A stretch of DNA of 64,000 bases from Octopus sinensis. Lineage: Eukaryota. The notes under the pieces were generated by a model. The model saw nothing but the letters and a program-made list of their open reading frames with translations, was not told the origin of the DNA and ran no database searches. The position numbers and the translations under genes are program-made. Within the stretch, counting starts at the first letter, position 1, and each line of letters starts with the position of its first letter. Positions 1 through 13,159 of the stretch are shown here, piece after piece. The stretch covers positions 18,538,001-18,602,000 of the forward strand of contig NC_043012.1 in NCBI RefSeq assembly GCF_006345805.1, in the 5' to 3' direction.

Positions 1-172
1 AGACGACAAGCTTCTTTCAGTTTCCGCCTACCAAATTCACTCACAAGGATTTCGTGGAACGGAAATTATAGTAAAAGGCACTTGCCCAAGGTGCCACGCA
101 GTAGGACCGAACCCGGAAGAATGAGGTTGGTAATCAAGCTACTTGGTAATCAAGTTACACACCCTTGCGCCT
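1..172 (-). mobile_element. 5' part (tRNA-derived head) of long SINE family 2
   Basis: Reverse complement reads ...ccgggttcggtcctactgcgtggcaccttgggcaagtgcc... with a B-box-like GGTTCG; homologous to the full copy at 47791-48222; cut off by the window edge. Confidence 0.8.
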
Positions 173-182
173 ATATATATAT

Positions 183-226
<44 letters not shown>

Positions 227-260
227 TACATACATATATGCATGTATTTATATGTATATG

Positions 261-308
<48 letters not shown>

Positions 309-525
309 TATAACAATGATAAATATCAAAGTGAGTTATATACAGTAGCGGTAACACATCGTGACGTATTTTTGCCATTTCAATATGGCTAACCCCTAAG
401 GGTGGATGCTACTGTAGTTTTTAGCCCCAGGAGGACACACTCCTCCAGCTGGCCATAGACACACTATCTGTGTCCTGTCAGTATTTGCAAAGGGAAGTCA
501 TCCTTCCCGTCTTCAACTTATGATA

Positions 526-570
526 CACACGGACTCGAGTTTCGAGGTATTGACCTCTCGTCAGCGTGTG
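526..570 (-). ncRNA. type I hammerhead ribozyme, copy 1
   Basis: Minus strand: CACACG CUGACGA GAGGU-CAAU-ACCUC GAAA CUCGAG UC CGUGUG; all core nucleotides present; stems I and II pair perfectly; predicted GUC cleavage between 532 and 531. Confidence 0.9.
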
Positions 571-878
571 ACAATCATAGTTGTCGCCGAGAATTAGATT
601 TCCTTCACAAATACTTATACTTTTTCCAGCGTCCACTGTCGCTGATATTGAAAAAGTGAAATCAAACAATGATAAATATCAAAGTGAGTTATATACAGTA
701 GCGGTAACACATCGTGACGTATTTTTGCCATTTCAATATGGCTAACCCCTAAGGGTGGATGCTACTGTAGTTTTTAGCCCCAGGAGGACACACTCCTCCA
801 GCTAGCCATAGACACACTATCTGTGTCCTGTCAGTATTTGCAAAGGGAAGTCATCCTTCCCGTCTTCAACTTATGATA

Positions 879-923
879 CACACGGACTCGAGTTTCGAGG
901 TATTGACCTCTCGTCAGCGTGTG
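879..923 (-). ncRNA. type I hammerhead ribozyme, copy 2
   Basis: Identical to 526-570, shifted by 353 bp; predicted cleavage between 885 and 884. Confidence 0.9.
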
Positions 924-1787
924 ACAATCATAGTTGTCGTCGAGAATTAGATTTCCTTCACAAATACTTATACTTTTTCCAGAACTTTTGTATAAATATC
1001 TAAATGAATATGTACGTGTGTGTGTGTAATTATATATATATATATATATAGTTATATGTATATATACAAATATATATATTTACTTGCGTATATGTATATA
1101 CATGTATATATGTAGATACACATATACAATTATCTATGTGCGTGAGCGTACGTCTTTGCTGTGTGTATGTATATTTGTAAACATACATACCCATTTATAC
1201 GTATGTGTGTGTGTGTGTCTTAAGTGTATATCTATATATGGACAAGTTTTCCAGCCAGCACGATTCCTGTTTGCGTGATAAACAAATAACGGCTAACAAA
1301 AATATCAAGATATGACGTAAGAATATAAGAATGATTAATGATTTCACCTCGATGAAATCAATATGAACAGTTTTATCTCCCTTTCCTTTGGAGCCATTTC
1401 AATATACGTTATTGATATTTTTTTACACATTTACTTTTACATATTTTGCTTTTTGCACTTTTTCTTTGTTCAATTAATCTTGGTTATTAATTTTTGTCTC
1501 CATTTCACATTCTATTGATTGATACTTTGTTCAATGTCACTATATACATTTTTATATTTTATTGACAATTTGTATTAGTTTCTTCATATTTTTATGTATA
1601 TTCAGGAAATTTATTGCTTTTGCCCAGAGTGATATCAAACTTTAACATTCCTTGTGTAATATGTCTTATTATTTTTTTGTTTGTGTCTTATTTTGATGTT
1701 TAATTCTAGATAGATCACTACTGCTAGCCGTAATATTTCCGAATCTTAAACTTTCTGAAGAACCTGTCTTGATATGACCACCGTATA

Positions 1788-1820
<33 letters not shown>

Positions 1821-1870
1821 ATTATATATATATATATACACATATGCATAGATAGATAGATAGATACATG

Positions 1871-1906
<36 letters not shown>

Positions 1907-2881
1907 TACAAAGATACACACATATATGTTTATGCATATATATATATGGGTGTGTATGCATATATATATTTATGAATGTGCGAGCCAATAAATATATTGT
2001 CATGTGTATGTACATATATGCTTGTATGCTTTTTCATTTATATGTGTATAAGCGAAAAGTTGCTAGTGAGTAATTTGTATGTAGGCGTTTTGTGTTGAAA
2101 ACGGTGAATACTAAGCCTCGAGAGCATATACGAAACATGCATTTTTAAATGAATTTTTGTTTTGTGCAATACTTTCCAAGAGATAATCATGCAAGGCCTT
2201 CTGAAAGGTTCGTCTTAAAACGATAGCAATGCATTTATGATTAATGCATCACACAGTTACCCATAGCAATACTGCAATTAAAGGCGTAAGTAATCATATT
2301 TTCTCAAAGTTATCTCTAAGTCGAAAAGCATACATACAGCTGCTTATAAAGCGGAAACGCTTGTGCGCTGAGATATATGCTTACATATGATAGTATATGG
2401 CTCCGTACAACAGAAGTTCCCTGAACATATCATGTAATTTGAGATGGATCAAACAGCATGATAGCCTGGGGTAATGTATTGCAGAGTTTTATCATTTTAA
2501 CTACATTTTTCAAGTAGAAATTTAGAATGAAACTATTGAGAATTTTGCTGATCTATTCATTTTATATTCTGCAATTTAGGAGTAACTGAGAGCGAGATAA
2601 GATGGATATCAACGAAACAGTTGCACATAGTGTTCAAGCATGGCCTCAGTGCATGCATGAATACGTATATACGTGAAATCTGTGTGTACTCGAGTATGAT
2701 CACGCACGTACGTGACATGATAAAATTTAAACACACATTTCAATTCATTGCGTTAAACAAAGTAGATTTGACAAGAAACTCATATGTAAATATTAGAAAT
2801 ATCAGAGACCAACGAGGGTGTGCGTATAGATATTGGGAAAATTCAGTTTTATATGTATAAAACCAATGAAAACTGTGATAA

Positions 2882-3007
2882 AGCGCAGGTGTGTCTGACT
2901 AGCAAGAATCTTATTTCCCAACCAAGTTGTTCGGGGGCAGTCCAAGTCTGTGGCACTTTGGGCAAGTATTTGCGATTAGATTTGTAAACAGAAAATGAAG
3001 AAAGCCC
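2882..3007 (+). mobile_element. degraded head of SINE family 2
   Basis: gtggcactttgggcaagt and gaaaatgaagaaagccc match the family-2 head. Confidence 0.55.
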
Positions 3008-3194
3008 AGAAAGATCTTTGCTAGGGATACTGAAGACCTAAGTTACGTAGCATTCTTGTATATCATACGAGTGGGTAATGAAAAGCTTCTGGCTTTTAGA
3101 ATAAGAAATACAAGTGAAAGAGTTACACATGATTTTATTCAACATATATGTCCCTCTTAGACATATATATATATATATGTAAATACATACATAA

Positions 3195-3226
<32 letters not shown>

Positions 3227-3282
3227 GAATTTATGTATATAAATGCATATATATATATATGTGTGTGTGTGTGTGTATGTAT

Positions 3283-3327
<45 letters not shown>

Positions 3328-3348
3328 TGTATATAAATGTATATATTT

Positions 3349-3381
<33 letters not shown>

Positions 3382-3639
3382 CATATATATATGTATGTGT
3401 GGGCCCACATAGATATGCAATAATGGGAGATTATAGAAAATACTTGAGGCTGAAAAGTCAATCTATAATCCGTGTGGACAGCATGCGTTCGATGCTCCGC
3501 TCTTGTTTACATACATACATATATACATGCACGCATACATACATACATACATACATACATACATACATACATACATACATACATACATACATACATACAT
3601 ACATACATGCATGCATACCTGGGATACGCAAAAAGAATA

Positions 3640-5110
3640 AAATGTCACCGCACACATTTTTGCTCGTGACTTAAATATATATTCTAATAATACGATCAAA
3701 ATCACATTCTCTGGAGACAGAAGAATGGAGATTGGGCAAGATAAATGCTCATACATAGCAGTCAACCGTGGAACGACTGTCAGACAGAAAGCATGTGCAT
3801 CACTGGTTTGTCTATCCCCTCTATATCTAATGATGAATACTACAAGTATCTCACGATCGATGAGAATATTGCATGCATTGGTGTTTTCACTACAGTCAGT
3901 TTAGCAAGAGAGTACTTCTGTTGGATGTGGATACTCCGAGCTGTCTGCCTTTAACATGTCCGCATCTCTCAATGGCATTGTTATCCATGGTAATTCCGAC
4001 ATTTGGGATATTGGATAGCACACTTAACGAGATCTACAGCTAGAAACGTTCTCATTAAAAGCGATACTGATAGGACTTATATAAGACGAAGTGATAGCGG
4101 TAAATAAGAGCAGTCATACTGTGAATTTCGCATTGTATCACTGAGACAACTGCTGGGCAGTAAATAAAGGAATGAGTACATTACATGCATGCTCAAATGT
4201 GAAAGCCACAACATCCTAAGAGATGAGGAAGGAGTACACAGGAGGAAATTTGAGTATAAAACTATCACCCAAATGACACCCAAAGGAGGCTAGACTGGCC
4301 TACTTGAACAGACATTTATAGGGGAAGCAGGCGTCATACGAGCAAAAAGCAGTGCATGGGTACATATATAAGCTAGAGGATGACAACAGCATTGAAAGGA
4401 AGAGGAGCTTCCCTAGGACTTGTGATAGATACATTACTTCCACCTAGGAAGTAATAACTGCTAGATATCCGATAAACAAAAGAGACAAATATACCCCCAA
4501 ATATCCATGATGTGTTAGAAAATGTTGGCTCTGCTATACCAGTGTAAAGGATACCCCTCATATCACCAGCAGCGTGCTCAAAATGTCTACCAGTTAATAT
4601 CTGTTACAGATGTATAATATAGTTGCAAAGAGAATTTGCAGTGCTGACCGCAAGAAGGATTTCCCAGACATATAAATCAACGTCATGACATAACCTGCAG
4701 TTATTCATACCTTTAAAAACAAGGAATGCTTGCGCAACACTCCAGAAAATACAGCAATTCAATGCAAGCATAGCAGAGCAGATATGGTTGTATGGAATGG
4801 GGGACAAAAATAATGCAATGCTATAGAGTGCCAGTGCACAGCGGTTGTGAATATGCTATTAAAAGTCCAGGAAAATGAGAACAGTTATGGTGAATTGATG
4901 CAGAACTTACAGCTCTTGTAACCTGACTATGAATTCTCGTTTGTACCTATCATCAAGGTACATAATCTATGTACCTACAAAGCTATTCGGAAAAAAAAAA
5001 ATTATAGGTTCTTCTTGGGAATACTAAACGGAGCTAACCCGGATTCTCCAAATCCAAATTATTAGTGGCACAGTGAAGATTTGTAACACGTTCCAGAGAT
5101 TCTCGATCAG
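3640..5110 (+). pseudogene. decayed RLE-type non-LTR retrotransposon (RT C-terminus, zinc knuckle, RLE)
   Basis: Fragmented translation gives TFSGDRRMEIGQDKCSYI, DEYYKYLTIDENI, CKHSRADMVVWN and YEFSFVPII, in the same order as the R4-type ORF at 35-39 kb; many stops and frameshifts. Confidence 0.7.
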
Positions 5111-6561
5111 AAATTCATACAGTGAATAGATGCATACACTGTTTAGTCTGTGCGTATTTGAAGCTTAAACAACACAGCTACCCAACGACATTTACAAACA
5201 CCGGGTGCCCTTTCGCTTATTTAACGTCTTAAGAAATACTTAAATAAAATTGAAAGAAAAACTCTTATGCATACACGCACATTACTAGATGTGTCTGTAT
5301 ACACACACATAAATGCATATATGTATATGTATTTATATACTCTCTGCCCTGCCCGCGTGCCTGTTTTTTTTCAATAGTATGAATCATTGTTTTTGACAAA
5401 TATCTTGTAAGTTTGCTACTTCCATGTCCATCAAAGTTTAGGAATAGTTTTTTGAACACAAAAGAAATTGCTCCTTCTTCTCTATGCGCTGATGGTTTTC
5501 CTTGATAAATATGATATTTAGATTCGATTATCACATTTCTTTCCTTCTCAAAAAGTCCGGAATATATCGACTTCAATGCATTCTTGCCCAAAGAATTAAG
5601 GTTAAGTTGAATCTTCTGTTTAGTTTCAGGCTAGTTATGTGTTAATGACTCAGCAAGCGGATGCATGAGACTATTAATATACACCACTAATCGAACCGTA
5701 TTTCTCCCGCCCTTCTTCAGAAGCTATAAATTTAATTGTAGATGCAATCAGGTATTTGATTCCTCCGTGATATATGAAGCAGTATGTGCGTTTGTATGTT
5801 ATTCATGTCTATTTTGATATACTTCACATAGAAAACCTCCGTCTGCATCAGATTGTCATGGAATATATTGATTCGCAATTCAAAATAAGTACTACATAAT
5901 TACACCTAGTAAAATATTTGAGAAAATACGACAGACACATTAAAGAAAACACAGAGAAAAGCAACCAATCAACGAAACAAAAGATGAGAACTTGCTCTAA
6001 ATTATCCCTCTATAGATGGCGAACGTCAATAAGCCGGTATATAATTACTAGCTTTGCAGTCTGGTAACCTCAAGGGTAATGTTAAAGTGGAACAAAAAAG
6101 ATAGGAAGAAAAAAGAGAGAAATATTCAACAACAATAAGTGAACGGAAGAAACAAAAAAAAAATACAAGAAAAAGAAACGGCAAACTTATTTGTGTTGTT
6201 AACATGATATATTTATATATTTAAAAGACATTTGTGCCATTTTGCTACACTATCTTTCTTTGTTAATCATTTCATGATACTCTCATGCAATATATTCTTG
6301 GCCACCTTTTCCTTTTTTGTTTATTGAGTTGAAAAACTAAAAAGAAATTCTCTGTTATTTTTACGTAAGTAAACAAAATTAAATAATAAACACTTCATAC
6401 GCTCCTATGTAGTTTATAAAAATAGAGAAAAGGAACTTATCTTATGTTGAAATGGTCTCTGTAACTATTTAATCTTTATACAGATCACGGAATGAGAGGA
6501 AGGATAGAAAACTCAAGTTCCCTGAAATGATTGACGAAATCAGTTGTCAAAAAATGTTCTC

Positions 6562-6773
6562 CAATAAAATTTTCTGCTGTAGGGACAAGGATCAAAATTT
6601 TGGGGCAGGGGGCCAGTCGATTAGTTCGACCCCACTATGCAAATTGTACTTAATTTATCGACCCCGAAAGGATGAAGAGCAAAGTCGACCTCTGCGGAAT
6701 TTGAACTCAGAACGTAAAGACAATGCAGCTAACTATTTTGCCCGGCGTGCTAACGTTTCTGCCTGCTCGTCGC
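6562..6773 (-). mobile_element. SINE family 1
   Basis: ttatcgaccccgaaaggatgaa...gtcgacctc...gaatttgaactcagaacg is the reverse complement of the core at 7543-7790. Confidence 0.85.
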
Positions 6774-7034
6774 ATTAAAATTTTCCCAAATATATCTTGC
6801 ATCTCAATCACTGCATGGATAATGTATTATGCATTCATTTTACAAGATTCAATGATCGACAAAATTCATTTCTAAAAATATAGCTTTACTGAAATCCTTC
6901 AGAAATATAAACAAAGTGACGTTGAATTAATATGTTAAGGAAATACGGCCCAACCTGTCTTCATAATAAATAGTATAAGATTCGATCTTGAGCGTGTGTA
7001 TAATGGGAAAACAAGTCTAAATTAATCACATCTT

Positions 7035-7248
7035 AATAATAATTTCAAAATTTGGCATAAGGCCAGCAATATTGAGAGATATATTGCTTACATCGACTCG
7101 AGTGTCCAGCCGGTACATTTTTATCTACCCCAAAAGAATGAAATGCAAATTCGACCACAGGAGAATTTGAATTCAGAACATAAGTACGACCGAAATGACG
7201 ATAACCATTATGCCTAACGTGCTAACGATTCTCTCAATTTGTCGCCTT
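7035..7248 (-). mobile_element. SINE family 1 (diverged)
   Basis: Same core (gaatttgaattcagaac, gtgctaacgattct). Confidence 0.7.
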
Positions 7249-7267
7249 TTATGACATCATAATATTG

Positions 7268-7320
<53 letters not shown>

Positions 7321-7542
7321 TACTAGGAACACTGAGGTTCACACCACCCCTAATTTAAATAATGTTATATGAGAAGATTTTTATCATTTTGTTACATTCC
7401 ACAGCGCTGGAAGCGTACGCAACTTTGTTGCTCAACTGCCGTAGGTTCTAATGTGTTGTAGTGGCATCGTATTTTGTTATACAAACATTATATACTATAA
7501 ATTACCTTAAATACATTCATAAGTCAATATGGTGTTCTACTG

Positions 7543-7925
7543 AAGGCGGTGAGCTATTAGAAGCGTTAGCACACCTGGCGAAATGATTAGCGGTATTTCA
7601 TCTGACGCTACGTTGTGAGTTCAAATTCCCCCGAGGTCGACTTTGCCTTTCATCCTTTCGGGGTCGATAAATTAAGTACCAGTTACGCACTGGGGTCGAT
7701 GTAATCGACTTAATACCTATGTATGTCCTGGTTTGTCCCCTCTATGTTTAGCCCCTTGTGGGTAATAAAGAAATAGGTATTTCGTCTGTCTTTATGAATT
7801 CAAATTCCGCCGAGGTCGGCTTTGTCTTTCATCTTTTTGGGGTCGTTGCGTACTGGGGTCGATCTAATCGACTGACTCCTCCCCCCCAATGTTCGGGCCT
7901 TATGCCTAGAAGAGAAAAGAATACT
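7543..7925 (+). mobile_element. nested or dimeric SINE family 1 with 11-bp TSD
   Basis: Head ggcggtgagct...gagttcaaat; two bodies with different tails; gtgttctactg at 7532-7542 and 7926-7936. Confidence 0.85.
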
Positions 7926-10900
7926 GTGTTCTACTGTGTTAGAAGTGCTACTACATCACTTAACGTAGGTTTGTGGAAACATAATTGTTGGGTGTGATGC
8001 CTTATGACACGAGAAAAACAATTATAAAAGACGTCAATCATTTTGACTTGATTTCGAGATACCTAGTGTCATTTTTATAATAAATATTTCTAATTTAGAC
8101 CCAAAACCAGCAATTTACGACCATACTCCAGTGGTATTTTATTTAATCAAACAGAAGGATGGATGGAATACCTTCGGCTGGAATTAAACTTAAATCGTAC
8201 CAAACATAAAATATCATAAAGTATTTAAGCGATTAAAGACATGTATATTGTGTTTGTGTTACGAAAGTGAAGTTAATAAAATGAAATGCTGACTCATGCC
8301 TTTATACATTTTAATTGTACAATTCGTTTGCATCTTCAGCGTCTCTCCACACATTTGCATCTCTGCATGTTTTTAGTCATAGATTACAAAATTTCCGGGT
8401 TTCCACAACATTATGGATAGTGAAATAATAGTGTCGATAGAAGGTTATTTGTTCGATCTTTCTGAGTCAAAATCAATTACTCTAAAGGTTTGAGTTGAGG
8501 CAAATCGTCTGAGCACGGATGTTAACCTTATCCTTCATCCAATGGAATTGAATTGATACAGTTCCAATTTAGCAAGGGGGAGTTTATAGAAGATGGATGA
8601 GATAGCATGTAGTATCCCTTCCTGCAGTTTTGCTTTCTGATCTCAAATAACTCCTAAGCTTTCAATACAACCACTTAGGGTATCATATCCTATCATGCAA
8701 TAAGCGAAATAATCATGACTAAATGCAGTGAATTGTGGCATCTGTAACAATTTGTAATCGAACAGTACTTCAATATTCCGAGCATTGTAATGGACAGCTA
8801 CATGGGATTTCAAGAAGGAGGACAGTGGTATCGAACTTGCGATGCCCATCTGTTCTACAGTAACTGATCTGCGAATGTCCGAGGGCTGTCAGAGTTTCAA
8901 AAGCATTCTCAGAATAAAGGAAACGCAGTCCACCGACGCCAAAGGCAATGTTGTCGATGGCAGAAAACAATGCAATCAACAACAAAAACAACATGTATTT
9001 ATGGTTTCTTCCTGGCAATATCATCTCGGAATAGATTGATGAGCTCAGTAATAATATTGTTTTTGATCATTTTCATTTTATTGTTGATGTCATAGTCTTT
9101 CACATTCTTGTTTCTATTGTTTATAAGCATTAGACATTTTCTTTCTTGATATCAGGTATCCTTTTGTCATTGCTTTTGTTCTTGCTGCTATTGTGGCTGT
9201 CGTTTTTTTTTCCTGATTACAATATCGTGCTTTTCCCAGCGGTAGTGTAGACGGCATGTCTCGATAATTTGAGAGTACATACCATTGTTTTGAGAAAAAA
9301 AAACTGCATCAGCGTAAAACATTTACTTATACATCTTTTTGTTTTATTTATTTTGTTGGTCCGCTCAATAAATGCTATGTATTCTCGCTCAATTCTCAAT
9401 TGATGCAGTATGTAGTTTTCCTTTACTTGCTTGTTTCATATATTTTTCCTGTATGTATTCCTTTGTTTTGGATTCACATTTATAAAATAGAAAGAAACGA
9501 AAAGAAAAAATTGTTTCTTTTTCTTTCCTTTCTCAACTGGAATTTATTCTGAAGCATTTGCGATTTGATGCTAGGAAAATCTGTATTATAAGAATGTACA
9601 ACAATGCTATAATAGAACTGTAAGCAAAGAGTACAATTCCAAACGAAAAATCCCATTATTTTTCTTGAAATTGGAAGGATGTTGCGGAAAGATTGTAAAT
9701 CTAAATAACCATGATATTATAGTCATCTATAAGATAGTGAGTGACAGAAACAGTATTTAGCTACGAATCTTTATTTCATGGTTTATACAAAGTCGTAGAG
9801 TGCCTTCTAAATAGCAGGAGCAGACTATGCGGATAATGGCACTTGTAGAGGCAGGCTTTCGACGAGAAAAATGTTAAATCCTTAATCTTACTAACTCATA
9901 TATATGGAAATTATATTAAATCATGTTTTGTTTTCAGTACGTGTTTTTAATGAGTTTTTTTTCAGCGAAGGGATTTGAAGTTGATCGCAGGCGGATATTT
10001 GGCTGCGAGAAAGAGGGTCCTAACTATATTTTAGATGCTTGATAAATAGTATGCCGCACTTTCTACTGCCAGTGTTTGTGAGAATACGAGTTAATACGTT
10101 TGTAAAGTTTGATACAAACAGTATAAACACGTATTCAGTTATGGTTTATAAGTTGCATGGCAGAACTCGTACGCGTTTGCTAAGAGGGACATAATGGCAG
10201 GAATATTAATTAAATATAATTTGCTCGGGATGCAAACACCACAAACACATATGGTTAGGATTTCCCTTGATTTTTTTTTATTCAGGTAAGAATCCCATAT
10301 TTTAGGAAGCAGCCAATATATTGGTAAAGCAAGATGGAGCACCATTAGCCATGCCTGCGAAAACTGACTCACCAGTAAAGTCGGCTTTGCTAAAACCTTA
10401 AATTTGAAAGATATTTCAAAGATATTTCAGGTTGTATCGTCCGTTATATTATCAATATCAAGAAGTTCATTTTCAATTCAGGCGATATCACATGAATTGG
10501 GGGAGACTTGATTGATATTCTCAACACTTTGAAGGCTTGCGTAGAGAATATCCACGTTATTCACAGCATGTGTAAAAAAACCGAAACGTTACGCTGCATT
10601 TGAGTGTTTGAGTGCTAGAAATGTTTATCAGTAAGAATGTATTTGTCGAGTCACATAATTTGATAAGTTTATAATGAACGGTTTTTAGTTTGAAGCAAGT
10701 GATCTGAATATTAACTTAAAAGCAAATGGGGTCTCTATTATAAAAGGTAGAAACCAGGGCTTTGTTGTCGTTTACATTACAATTTATATGAGTTATGATG
10801 ACATTATAAATATATCAAAGAAGCTAAGTGGGAATATGATACTCAGAATCAGAGTAATGTAGGAATTTGTGCGTGAGAGTAATTCAAATGAATATAGCAA

Positions 10901-12634
10901 TAAACACATTCAAGTTATTAAGCCATGTGCAAATGAAAATCACCATCGACGTTTTGAATAAGAAGCTTTTATCAAAATAGAGAACAAACTGAAAAAGTGA
11001 AATGTAATAAAATGTTGCAAATGTGTTATACAAAAGTTATGGTTGGTATAATGAGAAGTACGTAGTTATGCAGTGTTCGGTTGACGCCATTGTGCATATA
11101 ATAGGAATGAAGAGATATAGAATGAAATATCTTTACTGTCAAATTTCCCTTTATCCTTAGATTTAGCTTTAATAATGGAGACGATAATGGGATAACTAAA
11201 TAAAAGCATTAATCCTACAGTGTGCTAATCTCTTCAAGAAATGTTTGAATCCCTGTTTTATAATGACTTTTGAAATTACATTAAAGTAATTAGTTATGAG
11301 AAAAAACGCTCATTGCATGTAATTTGCCTTTGAAAAGTATTCGTTAAATGGTTACACATTGCGGAATGGAAGATTCATATCACATTAATATTTTGGCTTA
11401 CAATGTCAACATTCACAAAATAAAAATGAACTTTAAATGTCATCATAATCATTTGAGAAATCCATTATTTAATTATCTTGTTTGATTCAGTTCCAATTTT
11501 ACGGTTTTCTCCCCCGCAATGATTACAGAAATAATGTTTTAATCCTCATTAAAATTCTTTTTTTACAGCAGTTATCTTTTTACATTCTATGAACACGATG
11601 GACATTAATACCAGCAGTATTTCTAGTGGTCCTACCGATTGATAGTTTGTTAAATAAATTTCAAGAACATTATTACAAACATTTTTCATTCTCTCAAATT
11701 CCGTGTACTTATTTATTTCTTTCGTCTACATATTCAATAACTCCAATAAAAATAAAACACGTTTTTTAATGAAATGACATATAGGCGATTCACTCGGTGT
11801 ATTAAAAGAACTTCTTTCATAAACGATGCCGAGATAAATATACAAAAAAATCAATGTTTGTGCTATTTGAAAATTTTCTCCACTACCACAAGTACGCCTA
11901 CGTCTTGGAAAATATTTTAGATTACATTTTACTATTCACACACGCATAGATTATAAACCAGAACAGTAACGTGTTGTGTATTACAAATACATCAATTTTG
12001 TAATATTGCTTACAGAGACCATCGCGCAGCGTATACATACTGTGTCATTAATAAAGAAATAGTATACATACTGTGTCATTGTACGTTGGCGTAAAATATG
12101 ACCTCACGAATGAAACTGAGACTTTATGAAGTGTAAACATAAAATTTAATACACTTGCTAACGATATCGTATAAACGGTGCAATATAAGTTCAAAGCCTT
12201 AGCGGAAATATGCACATACAACATGGTATCCATTGATCTTCTAGTATTTGTACTGGTTTTGCTGTACCTAGTACACGCCAGGAAGAGCTGTAGCACCTCG
12301 AAACTTATACTCTTTGTCCTCCCATTTATTCTCTTTCTTATAAACAATATTCTGTTATGAACATCGGGGACTGAAATATACAATTCTGTAGTCTGACTGT
12401 ATGGAAAATTTGGCCCCCTAAAGTCCAAGCGTTGCATACGTTTTCTGTTTGCATCAGCATAAGACTAAAAGCTGGAAAAAAACCGATTTGGAGAGTAATT
12501 TTCTCACGCCTACGAACCAGGTTTAGGAAAGTATCACTCATAGAGAAGTATCTTTCAAATTAAAGTTATTACGTTGCTAATTTTAATCTAAAAAATTGAT
12601 AGCTAACTGGAGAAATTCTCTTTTGCATGAAGCG

Positions 12635-12636
<2 letters not shown>

Positions 12637-12688
<52 letters not shown>

Positions 12689-12748
12689 GTTGTTGTTGTT
12701 GTTGTTGCTGTTCTTCTTCTTCTTCTTCTTCTTCTCTTCTTCTTCTTC
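12637..12748. repeat. compound trinucleotide microsatellite (ATT)n(GTT)n(CTT)n
   Basis: Seen directly. Confidence 0.95.
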
Positions 12749-12749
12749 A

Positions 12750-12930
12750 TTGTAGAATAGTTAGCATGCTGCAGGAAATGCTTAGCCGTATTTTGCTCGT
12801 CACTACGTTCTGAGTTTTCAAATTCCGCCGTGTGCTACTGTGCTTTTCATACTTTCGGGGCCGATAAATTAAGTAGCAGTGAAACACTTGGGTCCACGTA
12901 ATCGACTAGTCCCCACTTCACATTTCAAAT
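12750..12930 (+). mobile_element. SINE family 1 (diverged)
   Basis: gaaatgcttagccgtatt...aaattccgccg...ctttcggggccgataaattaagta. Confidence 0.75.
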
Positions 12931-13159
12931 CCTCTGACAACATTTTTGGTCTGACAACCAGGAGATTGTGAAATACACCAGAAATTTTAATTAGTTTTGC
13001 TGCTCCATTACTACTATTATACCTCATGAAGTTACACTGTAAGCAATGAGAGGAAAACCTACATTAAAAAATTTAAGTATTCACTGATGATGAAAGTGGA
13101 TTTTAGTTATTGTAGCTGTCAGTTAATTTTAGCTCCTTCCGGCTTGAATATACGTAATA

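Larger units (their letters stand above)
312..982 (-). mobile_element. 353-bp tandem repeat (1.9 units) with hammerhead ribozymes; putative non-LTR retrozyme
   Basis: aacaatgataaatatc at 312 and 665 (period 353); only two substitutions seen between units; (TA)n on the left; one hammerhead per unit. Confidence 0.85.

Noticed and set aside
478-669. 63-aa ORF inside the 353-bp repeat
   Set aside because: Non-ATG start, no recognisable motif, and disrupted by 1-bp deletions in the 60-kb copy
312-982. CRISPR array or LTR pair interpretation of the repeat
   Set aside because: Contiguous 353-bp units with no spacers, no TG...CA ends and no primer-binding site; eukaryotic context
8600-9000. GC-richer block with short ORFs on both strands
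   Set aside because: No motif I can identify; probably an old transposon relic but unsupported
12048-12541. Overlapping non-repetitive ORFs of 129 and 67 aa
   Set aside because: No recognisable domain or splice context
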